A model generated the notes under the pieces. The model made no database searches. It was not told where the DNA came from and saw nothing but the letters and a program-made list of their open reading frames with translations. This document shows positions 26,906-41,640 of a stretch of 64,000 bases of DNA, piece after piece (within the stretch, counting starts at the first letter, position 1; each line of letters begins with the position of its first letter). The stretch spans positions 52,824,001 to 52,888,000 of the forward strand of contig NW_027266343.1 of NCBI RefSeq assembly GCF_022045235.1, written 5' to 3'. The translations under genes were made by a program, and so were the position numbers. The stretch comes from Haliotis cracherodii. Taxonomy: Eukaryota.

Positions 26906-27941
26906 GCAGTAAATTCCGACACACACCACACACACACCACACACACACACACACTTGTAGGTATCCAAATGATTGATTTATATACAGTGACGTGTGTGTT
27001 GTTGTTATTGAAATTCTCTTGTATGAATGCTCAAAGACTTCCTTCTGACATGTAACAGATGGAAGACGAGTCATAGTAGTTTCGCGGGATTAAAATGTAC
27101 GTTTGTGAGAACAAATGGCGAGGCGCAGTAACTGTGTCTGGGTATCCCTATAAAGTACTGTCTCGAGTCTTCTGTCCGTCTCAGAGAACAGCCAAGTACT
27201 CGAAACCCAACTTAACCCAGGCACCTATGTATATCTCAAGGTATATGCAGTTTGAACAATACTGCTGTGTAAAATGTATTTCCATGACTACATTATTGGA
27301 ACGTGACCCACATTACAAAGCTATTGGTCGAGAGCATGTGGTAGTCCGTCTCACAGTCCCTGAACCATATTATTTCCCCTTCCTCCCAACCTTCACTGTA
27401 ATGCTATAACCCCAAATTAAGCAAGTCTAGATTTTCCACACGTTCTGAATCTCCAAACGCCCTGGGGCTCCTTTTCAATTTAACCGTAGCTGCTTATTTC
27501 CATCCAAATACTATATTTTCAGAGACTAAGCGTTCGTCTAAGTATTCAGCCGCGTTCTAACTTTATATGTTTGCAGTAGGCTAGTCCAGTCAATCTACAG
27601 TTTAAACTCCAGCTTATTGCAACAGAAACAATTTCTTATGAAATTCAATCAGAATATATGTACGTTACACATGCTAAACGTTTCGAAAAAAATATAGTGA
27701 ATTTTGCGATGAAAATGTGCAATATAATGTTGAAAACGTATGACCCGAATGGGTCGCCGTACAGGTTAAGGAAGATAAAACCTGACGATTGTTAAGCCAA
27801 CGAAGTTTGTTTACATCGTGATTCGGGACTAATTACTCCTATATTAATAATGCTCCTATATGGTGACAATATGGTGACAGATTTAATATATGATGCTAAT
27901 TTCAAAACAATTAAAACATAAACATAACATGCAACAAATAC

Positions 27942-28262
27942 GTGAGGTGAAATGGGGTTTAACGTCGCGTCCAAGATTATTGCACTTATATAGCGACGTG
28001 CTTGCACGTGTGTGTGTGTGTGTGGCTGCTTGTACTAGTCCGGACTGGTGCCGATTTATAGTGCTAGCCAACTGAGATACCATGCCGCAGTTTAACATGA
28101 ATACCCCACTCAGACACAGTATACTGACTCCGAGCCGACCAGTCCTTGCTTTAACCCCTTAATGCCGAGCGCCAGACAGGGGTAACAACAAGTACCATCT
28201 TTTAACGTCTTTTGGTATGTCGCGGCCTGGGATCCAACCCCGGAGCTTCCGCTCTCCGGGCG
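27942..28262 (-). mobile_element. SINE family 2
   Basis: Near-identical to 26328-26680. Confidence 0.92.
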
Positions 28263-28939
28263 GAACAAACACGTGAATGTGAATGTTCTGGTATGTATGA
28301 TCGCCATACCATGTGTTCGTCTGCTAGAGATTCGAGCTTAAATTCGAACTGCATTCAAGTCTTTACATGTTACATTTTAGTAAATGTATTTAAGTGGACA
28401 TATAGTGAAAATGCATTGTGTTATTGCTTTTTAAACGCAATATTTCAACGGAATATCCCTTTAAAACGTACACTAGTTAGAATCACTTGGGTTTTGAGAG
28501 AAAAATATCTTTACTCCATTAAATATCGTATATTGTGTTTTGTATGGTCGATTTTGGCTGTCGCATTGGCTCAGAATCGCTAACCTCAAAGCCTTTGCCA
28601 ACAGACCTCTTTCTACTTTATGTTTGTGATTTATTAGAACATAAATGTTGAATTATTCTTTTTATAATGTTCTTTTTTTTATAGAGAATTTCGAGGAAAA
28701 GGTTCACGAGCATATAATGTATTTTTCCGGAGGATACTCAACCCCAAAAAGTACTGGAATCTTTACTTGACTAATAAAGTGTCATCCCAAGTATGACATT
28801 GTTACATTTGACCACTTTCTAAATGGCATTGTGCGCACATCCTTGTTTGAGTTAAATGAATAATAATAATAATAATAGCATTCTATTTATGTGTCACGTG
28901 TGGTACACGTGATATATCGGAATGTAAGCTGTGGTGTCA

Positions 28940-29260
28940 CATTTACCGCTCCCAGTTTTTAACACCCTTTATATTGTCTTATCTAAACTTGGCTAAATAT
29001 GCATGTCTTCAGCTGTTTAAAAAATAAAGTGCATTGTCACAGCATGCCGTGATGGTCAGTACGCCACAATATATTTTATATACAAAAAATCAGTCGATCC
29101 TTATAAGTCACACTTTTGATATTCATTTCACATATGCCTCGGATGAATATGAGTACGGGAGGGAATTCTGGTCAGTTAAGAAGAGAGTCAGTTATCCGAA
29201 AAATCGTTTATCCAAACAATGTTTAAAAAAACGCAAGTGTCGGGATAAGCGGGGTTCGAT
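28940..29260. repeat. DNA-transposon-like terminal fragment, inverted relative to 33720-34010
   Basis: Shared blocks TATCTAAACTTGGC, TTGTCACAGCATGCCGTG and GGGAGGGAATTCTGGTCAGTT. Confidence 0.7.
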
Positions 29261-29689
29261 TATATTTTTATATTTGTTTTTACGTTGACCTCTAAAAGAG
29301 CGATGTTTGCAAAATTCAATTATTTGTAATTGTATTATTTTAAAAGGTCCTAAAAATAGTATCTACAAGCCAAGACAAACCAATCGGAACCTATTGTTGA
29401 TTAAAAAAATAAAAAATGCAAATCGTGCATTTCCGCTCGTGAACAAAATGCGTTAGGTACTTGCATTGGAATACCTATTCTGCTGTAAGTGTTAACTAAT
29501 AAACCACTCGCCTTGATTTCGGTTGCTGCTTGTGTACATAATGTGCATGTTGTGTATTCAAATGCAATCCATGTCATGTTCATATTTAATAAAACAGGGT
29601 GTGATACAGCGACTTTGTTACTCATGGAATCTGCCTGGAGTATTTATAATTATGATATATTAGGGAGTCCATACCAAACAATTTTGTTA

Positions 29690-29963
29690 TGTATACGTTG
29701 TGGCAACGTTGTGATATTACATCTATAGAACGTTATTCTGTGGACTGGCAACGTTGTGCACCAGCGTTGTGTTACGTCACAACGTTACGGGAACGTTGTA
29801 TTTAGGTTGTGGTAACGTTGTACTTCATGCTGTGATAACTTTGTATGTTTACGTTGTATTTTTACGTTGTATTTTACATTGTAGCGTTATCTTATTACGT
29901 CCATGCAGCGTTATTCTGTGGACTTCCATAAACGTTGTCACAACGTCGTCAGCTACGTTGTGT
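29690..29963. repeat. CAACGTTG-rich internally repetitive element
   Basis: Repeated AACGTT/ACGTTG palindromic cores, with CGTTATTCTGTGGACT occurring twice. Confidence 0.6.
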
Positions 29964-30087
29964 TAGAAGACTGAAATACTAAAATAAGTCCTGTCCATAC
30001 GACATTATTGTGTGGACTCCCACTGACGCTAGGACAACCTAGTAAAACAACGCATCATACTTACGTCCCTACTTACGTGTATACGTT

Positions 30088-30252
30088 GCGGTTGGGTAGC
30101 CTTGTGGTTAAAGTGTTCGCTCGTCACGCAAAACACCCGGGATCGATTCCCCACATGGGTACAATGTGTGAAGCCCATTTCTGGTATCTCCCGCCGTGAT
30201 ACTGCTGGAATATTGCTAAAAGCTGCGTAAAACCATACTCACTCACGCACTC
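30088..30252 (+). mobile_element. SINE family 1
   Basis: Matches 22029-22194. Confidence 0.9.
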
Positions 30253-30539
30253 AGAATGGGGATGTTATTCTGGTGGAATATACCTGGACATACCTGTGAG
30301 TGGAATATCGACTTGGAAGCGTAAGAAACCTGCGACATTCCGTATTTCTGTCCACATGTTCCGAAAAAGTTTGCCTTACATCACTGTGGATACAGTGTTG
30401 CTCATTGTCACTGTACTCGTAACAGTAGTAAATATGCTCTGCAGAACTGTTGTTCCATACATCATCGATCAATGTGATAAAGGTACTTATCATTTCTAAC
30501 GTAAGCCTCCCAATTACAACAACCCTGTCTGTCAAAGAG

Positions 30540-32430
30540 TAGCTTCATATGATACCCCTGGGTACCTTTTCAAATGGCATACGTATTAATTATTACCATT
30601 ACCTAATTACTCTAATCTTTGCCAAAATATGTAAGGGATATCGATATCGTCCACTTTCTCCATACACCATTAAACTTGGGGTTCAAGGTTTGACACCAAG
30701 GAATCGCTTACATGCACCGAGGTGTGATTTCTCCTCTGAATCATATAGTTCCATACCCCAAATCTCGGCTCCATTTGGTAAAATTTAACTTAATTTTGTA
30801 TCGAATATTTAAAATTTGGTAAACAAAACTACCCTAAGTGGATTCCAATATTAAAATCTTTTTTCCTTTCATTGCAGCAGTAATTGCATGCAAAGTCCAC
30901 GACAGCCTGTTTGTAAACTACACACCTAGAAATTATGTGATGATACACATTCTATTTCATTTCCTTGGTAATATCATTTTTCTCTCTTAGATACAGTGCC
31001 ACATTTCTTGAAAACTATAGTTTTGGTTTTAATTGAGGTTTACCGGCAAACCCCATTTTTGACAATAATTTTCCAATTCATTAATTTGTTTTTGTAGACC
31101 AGGTATTGTGCTTGAAAGCATTACTATATCATCGGCAAATAGAAGGAGAAATATCTTTACTATTTCGGGGTGAAGCTGGATGCCATTATTTCAATTTATT
31201 TGGATTTGTTGTGCTAATTCATTAATAAAGAATGAAAATAGAAAAGGACTCAACATGCATCCTTGTTTCACACCAACGTTACTTTCAAACGTATCAGATA
31301 TAGTACCATTATATCGCACACAAACCTTTACACTATGACCCATATTGCACAACAACTTACCAATTTTACTACTAAGACCATGTGATTTGAAAAGATACCA
31401 TAATTTGTTTCTGTAAAGAGTCAAACGCCTTGGAGAAGTCGACAAAACGTACATAGAATTTTCCACCTTTCTTTGTCAGATAACTTTGTATCATTGACTC
31501 TGACATTAAATAAACTATCAATTGTAGAGCACCCTCTTCTAAAACCTGACTGAGCGTCATCAATTTTCTGAAAAGTCTTAGCCCAAAATACTATTCTTTT
31601 ATTTATGATATCAGTAAATATTTTACTAAAAATGCTTGATAAAACAATACCTCTATAATTGTTTATGTCATTCAAAGAACCTTGTTTGTGAAGTGGGATA
31701 ATGATTTTCTTCGGGAAATGATGTTTCAAGCATAATGTTAAATATAAGGGCCATGCATGAAATATGAATATCAGTAGACTTTTTAAAGAATTCTCCCATA
31801 GCGTTATCATATCCAGATGACTTTCTATTCTTAAGATGGTTAATACCCTCCTGTCGAGTACCTTTCGTGATGTTACATAATCATCATTATCTAATTCTGC
31901 TTGTTGCAAATTCAAAATATTTTTCTTTTTCTCCTTCTGGTGCAGAAAAAAGTTCTTTTAAATGCTCACACCAATCCTTAATATTTATATTATTTTATTT
32001 GTGCCGTTTTTTCCGAGGACCTTTAATTGTTGCCCAAAATGCTTTCGAATCGTGAATATTTTGTCCCAACAGGTCGGCTTATTTTCATAATACTCTGATT
32101 TCTTACGTCTACACATTTCATTATATTGATTACGAACACGATGATAGTTTTCTAGTGAGGCCAAATCTTTCTTTCTCCTAAATGTATTTAAACATCTTCA
32201 TATTTCTCTAGTTAAAGATTCACAGTCGATATCATACCGTGGCTCTATGTAGTTAATATTGCACGACCTTTTCTTCATATTCTCAGCAGCTCTGCATAAA
32301 GCTTTAGTAATGTATTGCACACCATCATTAATACTAGAAAATGCTGCATTTACTTCTTTTTTAGATAAGTCTACTATATCATCTGATGATAATTTCCCTG
32401 TGAAGTCTTGACATCGCTCGTTTCCATACA
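30540..32430 (-). mobile_element. Decayed LINE ORF2, reverse-transcriptase region (CR1/L2/RTE-X group)
   Basis: IPLHKQG...NNYRGI...QSGFRRGCSTID, FVDFSKAFDS, GVKQGCMLSPFLF and LLFADD (~31125-31148); many frameshifts. Confidence 0.9.
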
Positions 32431-33174
32431 ATATTGGTTGAAGCATTCGTATATGTGCATTCGTATATGTGTTACGCTTCGCATGTGTTACACCTGGCGT
32501 GCTGAGGCACATCGTGACAGGAAGAGGAGACATACAAATATACATGCACGTGCAGAAGCACACATGCTCGCACACGCGTCATAGTAGAGCACCATGGCAA
32601 CCTTTACACATTCGATGAAAGCAAGCTCATATTAAATATCATAAATACATATCGATCCGTTCACATGCTGACATTATACATAAATTATTTGACCATGCTT
32701 AGGGAAGTGAATAGGATTTAGGTGCGTTCCATTTCACCAAAAAAGAGAACAATCTGCAAAATAACAGGAAGCCCATCTTCTGGGTTCCTAGGGAACAATC
32801 GCCGTGCATTGCGAGACGATTGCAGACGTGACGTTAATTCATCACTCAATCATTCCAAAGAAATGGATATGTTTAATTTTGTAAAGTCATGAACCCTACA
32901 AATATTAAACATGTCGTAACTACTATACTATACATAACTATAATATACTACACACAGAGGAATACGTGACATGTAATCTGGTAGGATGTATTTTGTTATC
33001 GTTGTGGACTCTGCCATCAGCGTAATTCGTATATTTGTTTTTGATTTTTTGGTAAAGTAAATATATCTACTGTGATGTAACATGCGATTTACACAACGGT
33101 ATGCGTTAAAAAAAATGTTTTCTTGATCATAAGTAATCTCAGCTAATAGCATTATCCATTGTACAATTATATTG

Positions 33175-33176
<2 letters not shown>

Positions 33177-33261
<85 letters not shown>
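33177..33261. repeat. (CT)n microsatellite
   Basis: Perfect dinucleotide run. Confidence 0.98.
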
Positions 33262-33263
<2 letters not shown>

Positions 33264-33403
33264 GTCATTTTGGAAAAATTCTAAACTGCAAAATTTCTAT
33301 TCATATTAGTATTCGTATTTATGAAAAGAAACAAATTTGAAGAGAAACAAAAGAATACAAAAATAAACTCCTATAAGTCCTACGTAGGAGATACTTAGAC
33401 AAA

Positions 33404-33604
33404 GTTCGAATCCCGGTTCGCCCCGATTATGTTTCTAGGTTTGTCAGCACCATACCCGTGCTCGTGGGTTTCACCGAAGTGGTTAACGTCTAGGACCTGC
33501 ATCACTTCGGGCTTTCCTCCCACATTAAGCTGACACGCCGTGATATAACTGGAATACTGTTAAAAGCGGCGTTAACCCCAACTCACTCACTCACTCACTC
33601 ACTC
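33404..33604 (+). mobile_element. SINE family 3, 5'-truncated
   Basis: TSD ACTTAGACAAA at 33393-33403 and 33605-33615. Confidence 0.9.
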
Positions 33605-35008
33605 ACTTAGACAAAAACAATTTTCACCGTGGCCATACTACGCTTCCGTACGTTTGTATCCCATCAGCAAGGGTGAATCAGGCCCTAACACATCTGTTTT
33701 GTCATGTAGCGCGTTATGCAGGCGAACCTCGCTTGTCCGGACAGTTGCGTTTTCTCAAATATTGTCCGGATAAACGAGTTTCCGGATATCTGAATCCCTT
33801 GTAAACTGACCAGAATTCCCTCCCCGGCCCAAATTCTACCAAGGCATATGTGGACTGACTGGCAAAGGTATGATATGTGTAGGATCGAGTGATTTATAAA
33901 TAAATACATTGTACTGTACTGAATCACACGGCATGCTGTGACAACTCACTTTATCATTGAATTCTATTTGGCCTAGTTTAGATAATACACTTGTTTTGTA
34001 TACAGCTGTGGCGGAGAGGTTAGACAGCCTGACACAGATGAGTAATAGCCAGGTTTACCTCCACTAGATTGAAGCTGAGGTTGAACTCACTCGTGTGTAG
34101 CGAATAGCGAATATCGAATAGCTTTATTAAGTACATCACGATGAGGCAGCAGATACATACATATATATTTGTTAAGCACAAAACCATAAAGAGTAGTCCT
34201 GACATTTCCTCGAAACCATGGGCGGTCATGTAGCTTCAATATCTTAGTTCGTGATTTCACAGAACATTGGTTAAAGTGTTTATTTCATAAACAAAGACCT
34301 GGGCAGACAGAGTGGCTGTATTTCCTTCATCGAACACACGCTGCACATGATCACAGCTGGTTACTTTCTTTGTTGGAATAATGCAGTTGTTAGGCCGGGC
34401 CTAGTAACGAACAAGCACTTGTTTGGCAGAAAGGTTTCGCTAAAATATGTCATCTTGTTGTCTCGTGCCTATCCTCGTCTTGCTTAATCACAAGTCAACT
34501 CCTCATTGGCCTATTAGGATTTAACATTGTCAGTAATTTTAGACCCTCTTTTTCTGAATTTACTTTGGCTCATTTTTCGTCATGTTTACATATCTCACAA
34601 GAATAAGTCATCAATGTTGTCAAAGCTGTCTGACATATTTTGTATTAACAGTTTATGAAGCCACACACTGGCCAAATGTTTTATGGACAAAAACCACACG
34701 CTGTCCTCTTGAGCGATTTTTGGGGTATGAAGTTTGTATGTGATTTTTCTCAACCCTGTTCAGAAACATCTTTGTAAATATAACTGGTGATATTTCTTTA
34801 AATCAGGATAAATTAATACACTTCTTGAGTCTACAGGAAAATGACATGCTTTCGCTAAACTTTCCTCCCACTGATTCACGCAAGGACAGGTTCACAAGCT
34901 ACAGTTGTAACCTGATGGAAGTTTACAAAAACGAGTACAGATCAGTATGAACCTAACTGGCCCAATTTTAGAAAACAACGGACACTGAAGAATGACAAGC
35001 ATGAATAA

Positions 35009-35076
35009 GAGGTGAGGTAAAATGGGGTTTAACGCCGCGTCCAAGATTATTGCACTTATATAGCGACGTACATGCA

Positions 35077-35119
<43 letters not shown>

Positions 35120-35378
35120 TAATACTGGTCCGGGCTGATGCCGATTTATAGTGCTAGCCCACTGACATACCATGCCGCAGTTAAACATGGATACCCCAGT
35201 CAGACATAGTATACCGGCTCCGAGCCGACCACTCGGGCTTGTTTTAGCCCCTTAATGCACCAGGCACGGTTGCAACAACTACCATCTTTAAACGTCTTTT
35301 GGTATGACGCGGAAAGGGATCGAACCTCGGACTTTCCGCTCACTGGGCGGACGCTCTACTGGTAGACCACGGAGGCGC
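35009..35378 (-). mobile_element. SINE family 2
   Basis: Matches 26328-26680, with an expanded internal (CA)n. Confidence 0.9.
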
Positions 35379-35538
35379 TCAATATATCTACGAAATATAT
35401 CAAGAATGCTGTGACCATGTAGACATGTTATTTTGTATACCTACATAGCGAAATGGATGCCATATTGATTATGTGCAATATATCGTGTTTTCACTATAAG
35501 TGTAATCAGATATGAGATAGAAATATCACATGCTACTA

Positions 35539-37074
35539 TACTGAACCGCAAAAGAAACGTCACCATGAATAGATATGTGAGAAACCTTATTTGTTCAAAC
35601 ACTGTAAACATACTTTGAGACATATTAAAAATATGAAACTTGGCAAAACTGATCATCAAGCTTGACATTAAAGTGTCAAATGTTCTTAAAGTGAAACACG
35701 ACACTAGTGGCTGAGTAAATGGCATCAGAAGTCAGTATCTCGTGTGTCCGTCATGTGCATTGATGACTGCCGTGCAACGTCGATACATGGAATGGATGAG
35801 GCGGTTGATGAAGGCCATAGGCACTTGAGCCCACATTCTGGGGAACGCCTGACGCAGTTCAGCTGCAGCTGTCGGCCTTGGTCGGACATCATTCAGCCGT
35901 CTTTCAATCTCGCCCCACAGGTGCTCAGTGGGATTTAAATCGGGACTGAGGGCAGCCCACTGCATGGTTCTGATGCCATTCTGCTGGAGGAAGTCTCTTG
36001 TTGCTCTCGCAGTGTGGGCACGGGCGCTATCATGCTGGAACTCGTGGTTGCGGCGACGTGCCAAATGAGGTATGGCGTGTGGTCTCAAGACTTGATCAAT
36101 GTTGTTGTGACACCATTGCCTCTCCCTGGAACGATGTTCTGGAAGACCACAGGGCCGACCCTCTGTGCAACACCAATTCCACCCCACACCATGATGCTCG
36201 GACCACCCCACGAGTCTCTCAACAACACAAGCATCCGAATAACGTTTCCCACGGCGTCGCCAGACTCTCTCTCTGCCATCTGCTGTTTAGATACCATTAC
36301 GGCTCTCGTCTGAGAAGAGGACTCTTCTCCACTGCAGGTGGCGCCAATGCTGGTGCTGTGTTGCCCACTGAAGACGGTCCCGGCGATGGCGTGGTGTCAG
36401 AATGGATCCTCGGTGTGGCCTGTGACTGTGGAGGTGTCTGTTCGTCAATCGTCGACGCACGGTGTCAGCACTAATGTGTCGCAGGTGTGTCCTCATGGTC
36501 TGTCCAGCAGTTTCCGCAGCAGTAACAAAGCGTTGTTGAAGATGCTGTCGCACAATCTGACGATCCTGACGTCTGGTGGTGACCCTTGGTCTTCCACTAC
36601 GTGATCGGTCATCTGTAGTGTTGGTGGTCTGGTACCATTGCTGAAGCCTGAATATGGTCCTTACGTGGACTTGAAATGCATTGGCTACTTGCCGGGCGGT
36701 TTGTCCAGCTTGCAATCGTCCAAGGGCTTGGTGTCGCTGATTTCTTGTCAGTCTTGGCATGTGGTAGCAATTCAATAACGAATGAATGTTATCCGACCGA
36801 TCTGGGTGTATTTTTATAGGGCAAGAAATGGGGGAACGCATGCGCATTTCAATTTGCACGGAACTCACGTGCATCGAGTTACCACGGTCATTGCCGTGAT
36901 GCGTTTGGGCGATCGGTTTCATTGTCATATGCTTTGTTTTTTCATTATCAAATTTCCCTTTTCCGGACAAGGTAATGTAAAATTTTAGAAACTTTGACAA
37001 AAACTACCCAGATATTTAAATGACAACCTTTTATGCAATGTACAAGGGGTTGACGTTTCTTTTGCTGTTCAGTA
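35539..37074 (-). mobile_element. Full-length Tc1-family DNA transposon (~1.54 kb)
   Basis: TIRs TACTGAAC(C/A)GCAAAAGAAACGTCA at both ends (1 mismatch in 24), flanked by TA. Confidence 0.93.
35732..36760 (-). pseudogene. Tc1 DD34E transposase pseudogene
   Basis: MPRLT..., GRPRVTT, VLFSDESR, WGGI, FQHDSARAH and SPDLNPTEHLW (34 residues between the second D and E), split over several frames. Confidence 0.92.
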
Positions 37075-37750
37075 TATATACGTATAATGTATATGAAGTA
37101 TGTTCAATACTGTATGAGAGTATTGTACACTCTTCATTCGCAACATCAATGTAGCTCCAGTTCGGTTTGACAGGGCTGTAGAGTATTAACCAGTAACTAC
37201 AACAAATGAATTTTAATTATATGTCTATAGAGGAAAGGGAAAAGTGTTTAATCGAGAAATGTATTTTCTAATGACACAAAAGAATAGTGTAACGTTTCAG
37301 CCACAATTTTTCTACAAATAATAAACTTATAACGAACTGTGAAGCAGAACTGCTTGTACTCGCCAGAACTAATGCCGGTTTTTTAATGCTTGCACACCAA
37401 GGTACCAAGCCGACAACAAGCACCATCTTGTAACGTCTTTTGTTAAGACGTGACCCTGGGCTCGAACCACCGACTTTCTCCTCTCCAGGCAAAAACTCTT
37501 TCCACAAGACCACGGTCCGGTCATTTATTATACAAAATTTCAAGTGCAGATTTAGTATTGCTAAAAGTTTTTTACACCATTATCAGATATGATGTTATGA
37601 AATATTATTATGACAATAGTCAAAGATTTAGTCTGTCTTGTCCTCGTTCTAAATGGACATGATTTTATTATATGTATTATTACCCTTCCAAGTGTTTGTA
37701 TATATTAAGTTGATAATATGAGTGAACGGTACATGTATCCTGTATCAATA

Positions 37751-37924
37751 CAGTAAACTACGGTTATAACGAACTTAAAGGGACCACTAAATTTAGTTCG
37801 TTATAACCGTAGTCCGTTATAAGCATATTTACAACATATACACAGCAAATGGACGAGACCCAAAAAAAGTTCGTTATATCCGACAGTTCGTTATAAGCGT
37901 GTTCGTTATAAACGTAGTTTTCTG
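37751..37924. mobile_element. pogo/Tigger-type MITE
   Basis: TA-CAGTAAACTACGGTTATAACGAAC ... GTTCGTTATAAACGTAGTTTTCTG-TA. Confidence 0.85.
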
Positions 37925-38310
37925 TACTCTCTGTTATTGCGTTATACATGTGCATGTACACGAATGTACAGAATCACATAAACCACGTGAACATAATACC
38001 CTTTAGATTCAAATTTACTTGATAATGATTCTTATAATCTCCAAATCTAGTATTTTATAATTTGGTTAAACAACATTGTATTTTGCTCTGCTCTCGGCTG
38101 CAATACTGACTTGTTAAGGGTCGTGACCTTGAGACATAACCAAATGAATTCACTGTAAAAAAGGGTTAAGGTATAAAAGAGGTGTTTAGGATTCATGTTT
38201 GTGTCTAAAATGTAACAGAGACTGTGTATGTACTAAACTCAAGATCATTTTAGATTTCTAATTACTAGATGAGATGATGATAAGGCGCGCCAGGTCATGA
38301 AACAGTATGA

Positions 38311-38472
38311 GTGAGTGAGTTTGATTTTACGCCGCTTTTAGCAATATTCCAGCAATATCACAGCGGGGACACCAGCAATGGGCTTCACACATTGTATCCA
38401 TGTCGAGAATCGAACCCGGGTCTTCGGCTTGACGAGCAAACGCTTTAACCACTAGGCTACCCGACCGCCCCC
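38311..38472 (-). mobile_element. SINE family 1
   Basis: TSD TGAAACAGTATGA on both sides. Confidence 0.92.
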
Positions 38473-41098
38473 TGAAACAGTATGAACTCAGTCTTGGAGT
38501 ACTACACAATAACCTGCCTGGAACCCAAGTTTCAATGTATATAAAATCAGTGTATGTACATATATATATATGAGAAATGGTCACCAAAGTTGGATAACCT
38601 TTGGCCAATGACCATATATGTCAAAAAAGATTTTTTGAATGCAAATTTAGCGGCTAAATGATACGTACATTTTAAACGTCATATGGACATCGGATGACAC
38701 ATTCATTTCCTCACATGCATACATTTGGGAACCACTGTCCTATCGTGGGCAGATACCTGTTGAGATATGGTTAATATATATTCATTGAAGAGAGGTCACC
38801 GACCCATAGTTCACAACAGTTTATGTTATTCCAGGTGTAAGAAGTAATATTCATGTAAAGGAATATGAAACTAATTTTAATAGTATAAACATATATATGT
38901 AAGGATAATATGTAAGGATGTTGTGAAGTGAAAAATATGAATGCCTCGCGTAAGGGCCTGTCACCCCTAGCCGAGTTGGGTCGCCGGATTAAAGGTTAAA
39001 GATTACAGGCGCCGACGGCACTTTATCCTGCGCTGAAATACACCTTTTCGGTTACATCATTATTGGCTCACGTCATGAATCTGTTCAAATTACCTACCCG
39101 TGATCTAACATATCCTTAGTAACATCGTTCTATGATTCCCTTCTATCAAATATTGATCGGTGAAATAGTTTCGTTAAACTTGTCGGATAACTGAATATAA
39201 TTTCCTGAAATATGTCAACATGGTGTCAACCATCTCTCATGCCGCGGGGTTTTCCCCAAACGTATTCAAACGACTATGTACGTACCACAGCACCCATACA
39301 GTTTTCCGAGATGGGCGTTGGTGCCATGGGAATTATATATGTTATATCTGAGCAATCCGTGAATGGTTTCATAACCGCATGTAATACTGTTGCTCAGCGA
39401 AGGGCATTTTGAAAAATACTGCAGTCAAATAATACAACCGCTGTTTCGGCATCATCTAGTGCAACCAACTCAGTCATCAGTGCTAAGCATACTGTTTCAT
39501 GGCTCGCAGTTACCGCAATGAGCTAACGTTAGTAGTGGAAACAGAGTTGCCACTTTCAGGACAGAAAACACGTGAACTCACAAAAAACAGCAACACAAAA
39601 CTACGGCTATGTTTACGTGTGTTAGATCGGCCCCACAATGCACTAGTGGAATGTTTTGTGTCACGTGATTAAGGAGAAGAAAATTGATAAAAAAATGTTC
39701 AATATTTCTTATTGCTGCATGGGATTATGGATAATCACTCTGACGAAGTATACAGTCTCCGAGCCGACTAGTCCTTGTTGTATCACCTTAATGCCGAGCG
39801 CAAGGCAGGGTAACAAAAGTACTATCTTTTAACGTGTTTTGTATGGCGCGACGGGGGTTGGGGGGTTGCGGGTTGCCACCGATCTTGGCACTCCCTGAGA
39901 AGAAACTCCTACTTATAGTGATTAATATGTTGATTGAAATGAATGTGCATGCCTCTAGTTGATTAAAGGTGGAAATGGTGCAAGTTGGCCTTTTTGGTAG
40001 AGCATACAAAATTACAGCACTATTGTATTGTTCAGAAGCTGATAGGAATGGCACTTGTGCATGCTGTTGTGGGAGCTGTTCAGGTGATGTGGAAATAATC
40101 CATTCGCATTTGGTTCAAACAAAATTTTACGTCTTTTCAACCTACACGTATCAATTAAGGTAAGAAGATATGATATTTATGGACAGATACAGATATAATA
40201 GATGCTAGTATTAGATATTAATGGTCAATACTTCCATATATATTTGGAAAGGAGAATCGATCGATCTTAGCCCATCAACCATATTATGTGAGTACATAGG
40301 AATACTTGACATGTCATTCACATCGGTTGTATGTCATTACATAAGGGGTTGACAAAGTAATAGTAGAGGAAGCACTCCTTCAAGCAGTCAACGCTGGATA
40401 TAACCGCTGATCTGCTGGATGTAGAAGTATACACATCCTTATTTACAACAATAAAGCATGCTCATGGTTTGATTGTTTAATGTTCGTAGGAGAGTCAATA
40501 GAAGGAATAAGCACACTGCATTGACATTATATCATGGTTGTGATATATTAACCACCGTGAACAGAACAAATACACCGCCATGGAAACATCAGACTTCGAA
40601 TCTTCAACCAATGACCACATTTGCACAAGAATAAGTGGTCTCGTCGATACCTGAATTTCAACAAAAAATAATAATAAGTATAATAATACCCCACTAATAG
40701 AGCCCTAGCCGCATAACACCCTTGTGTTTTCAACACTAACGCTTGACCAAATGTCTCAACTGCAGCTGTTAAGTGTAATAATGACCCACTCATAGAGTGC
40801 TAATCGCGCAACAGAAGAATGCTTGTAGTAGATCCATTTATACAAGACAAGCATTGGGCAAAATGCCTCTTCCTCAAACATCTTGAATTGGACTTCGGGA
40901 ATATTGATGGCCATCACAAACCTTAAACACGTATTTATAGAGCCCAAAACAATCCTGTTGACTGCTGTGTTTACAAGTTAACACATATCTTTGTTCTAAT
41001 ACTTGGTGTTAACATCAATATTTCATGACCCCCTACTTTTTTTAAAAGAGTATATATAGTGAATGCTTACCAGAATCCTTTCGTGGATTCTGGAAACT

Positions 41099-41136
41099 CT
41101 AATAATGAGCTTTAATGTGGAATTGTACTGGCGATC
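41099..41136 (-). CDS. Temptin-like gene A, putative coding exon 3
   Basis: GTGACAG acceptor also seen in unit B (~46279); phase-1 reading gives (G)SPVQFHIKAHY*; weak polypyrimidine tract. Confidence 0.4.
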
Positions 41137-41640
41137 CTGTCACGTAGAAGCCGTTTCAACATCGTAGATTGTGATTAATGATCATCACAAGTCCATACAT
41201 ATCGAAAAGCATCACCGATGCTGTGAGATATCAAACAGTATTCACTCACTCTCGAAAACTCTAACTGGTAATGAAAGCGTTTCACGTTGCATGTGGTGAG
41301 GGGGAAAAAAAACCCCAAAACCACAACTAATATCATATGAATAGTTCGGAATACTGATAACAGCTTCATTCTTTGATTAAAATTATGTTTCGAAAACAAC
41401 TATTGCTTTAGAGAAATGCCAAAATATGGTCATAAACAATAAATAAGTTGGAAATATATTTCTAGACATAAATGAATTTGGACAATGCAGTTATTATTTA
41501 TATGTTACAGGCCATGGGACATACAGTTTTGCGCACTGGCCAAAGGTTACTATTTTTCGTTTTGACTTTTGACCGATCTCGAACATAGAAACAAAAGTAA
41601 GCTGAAAATACGTATGCTAGAATTCGACATAAGTACTGAC

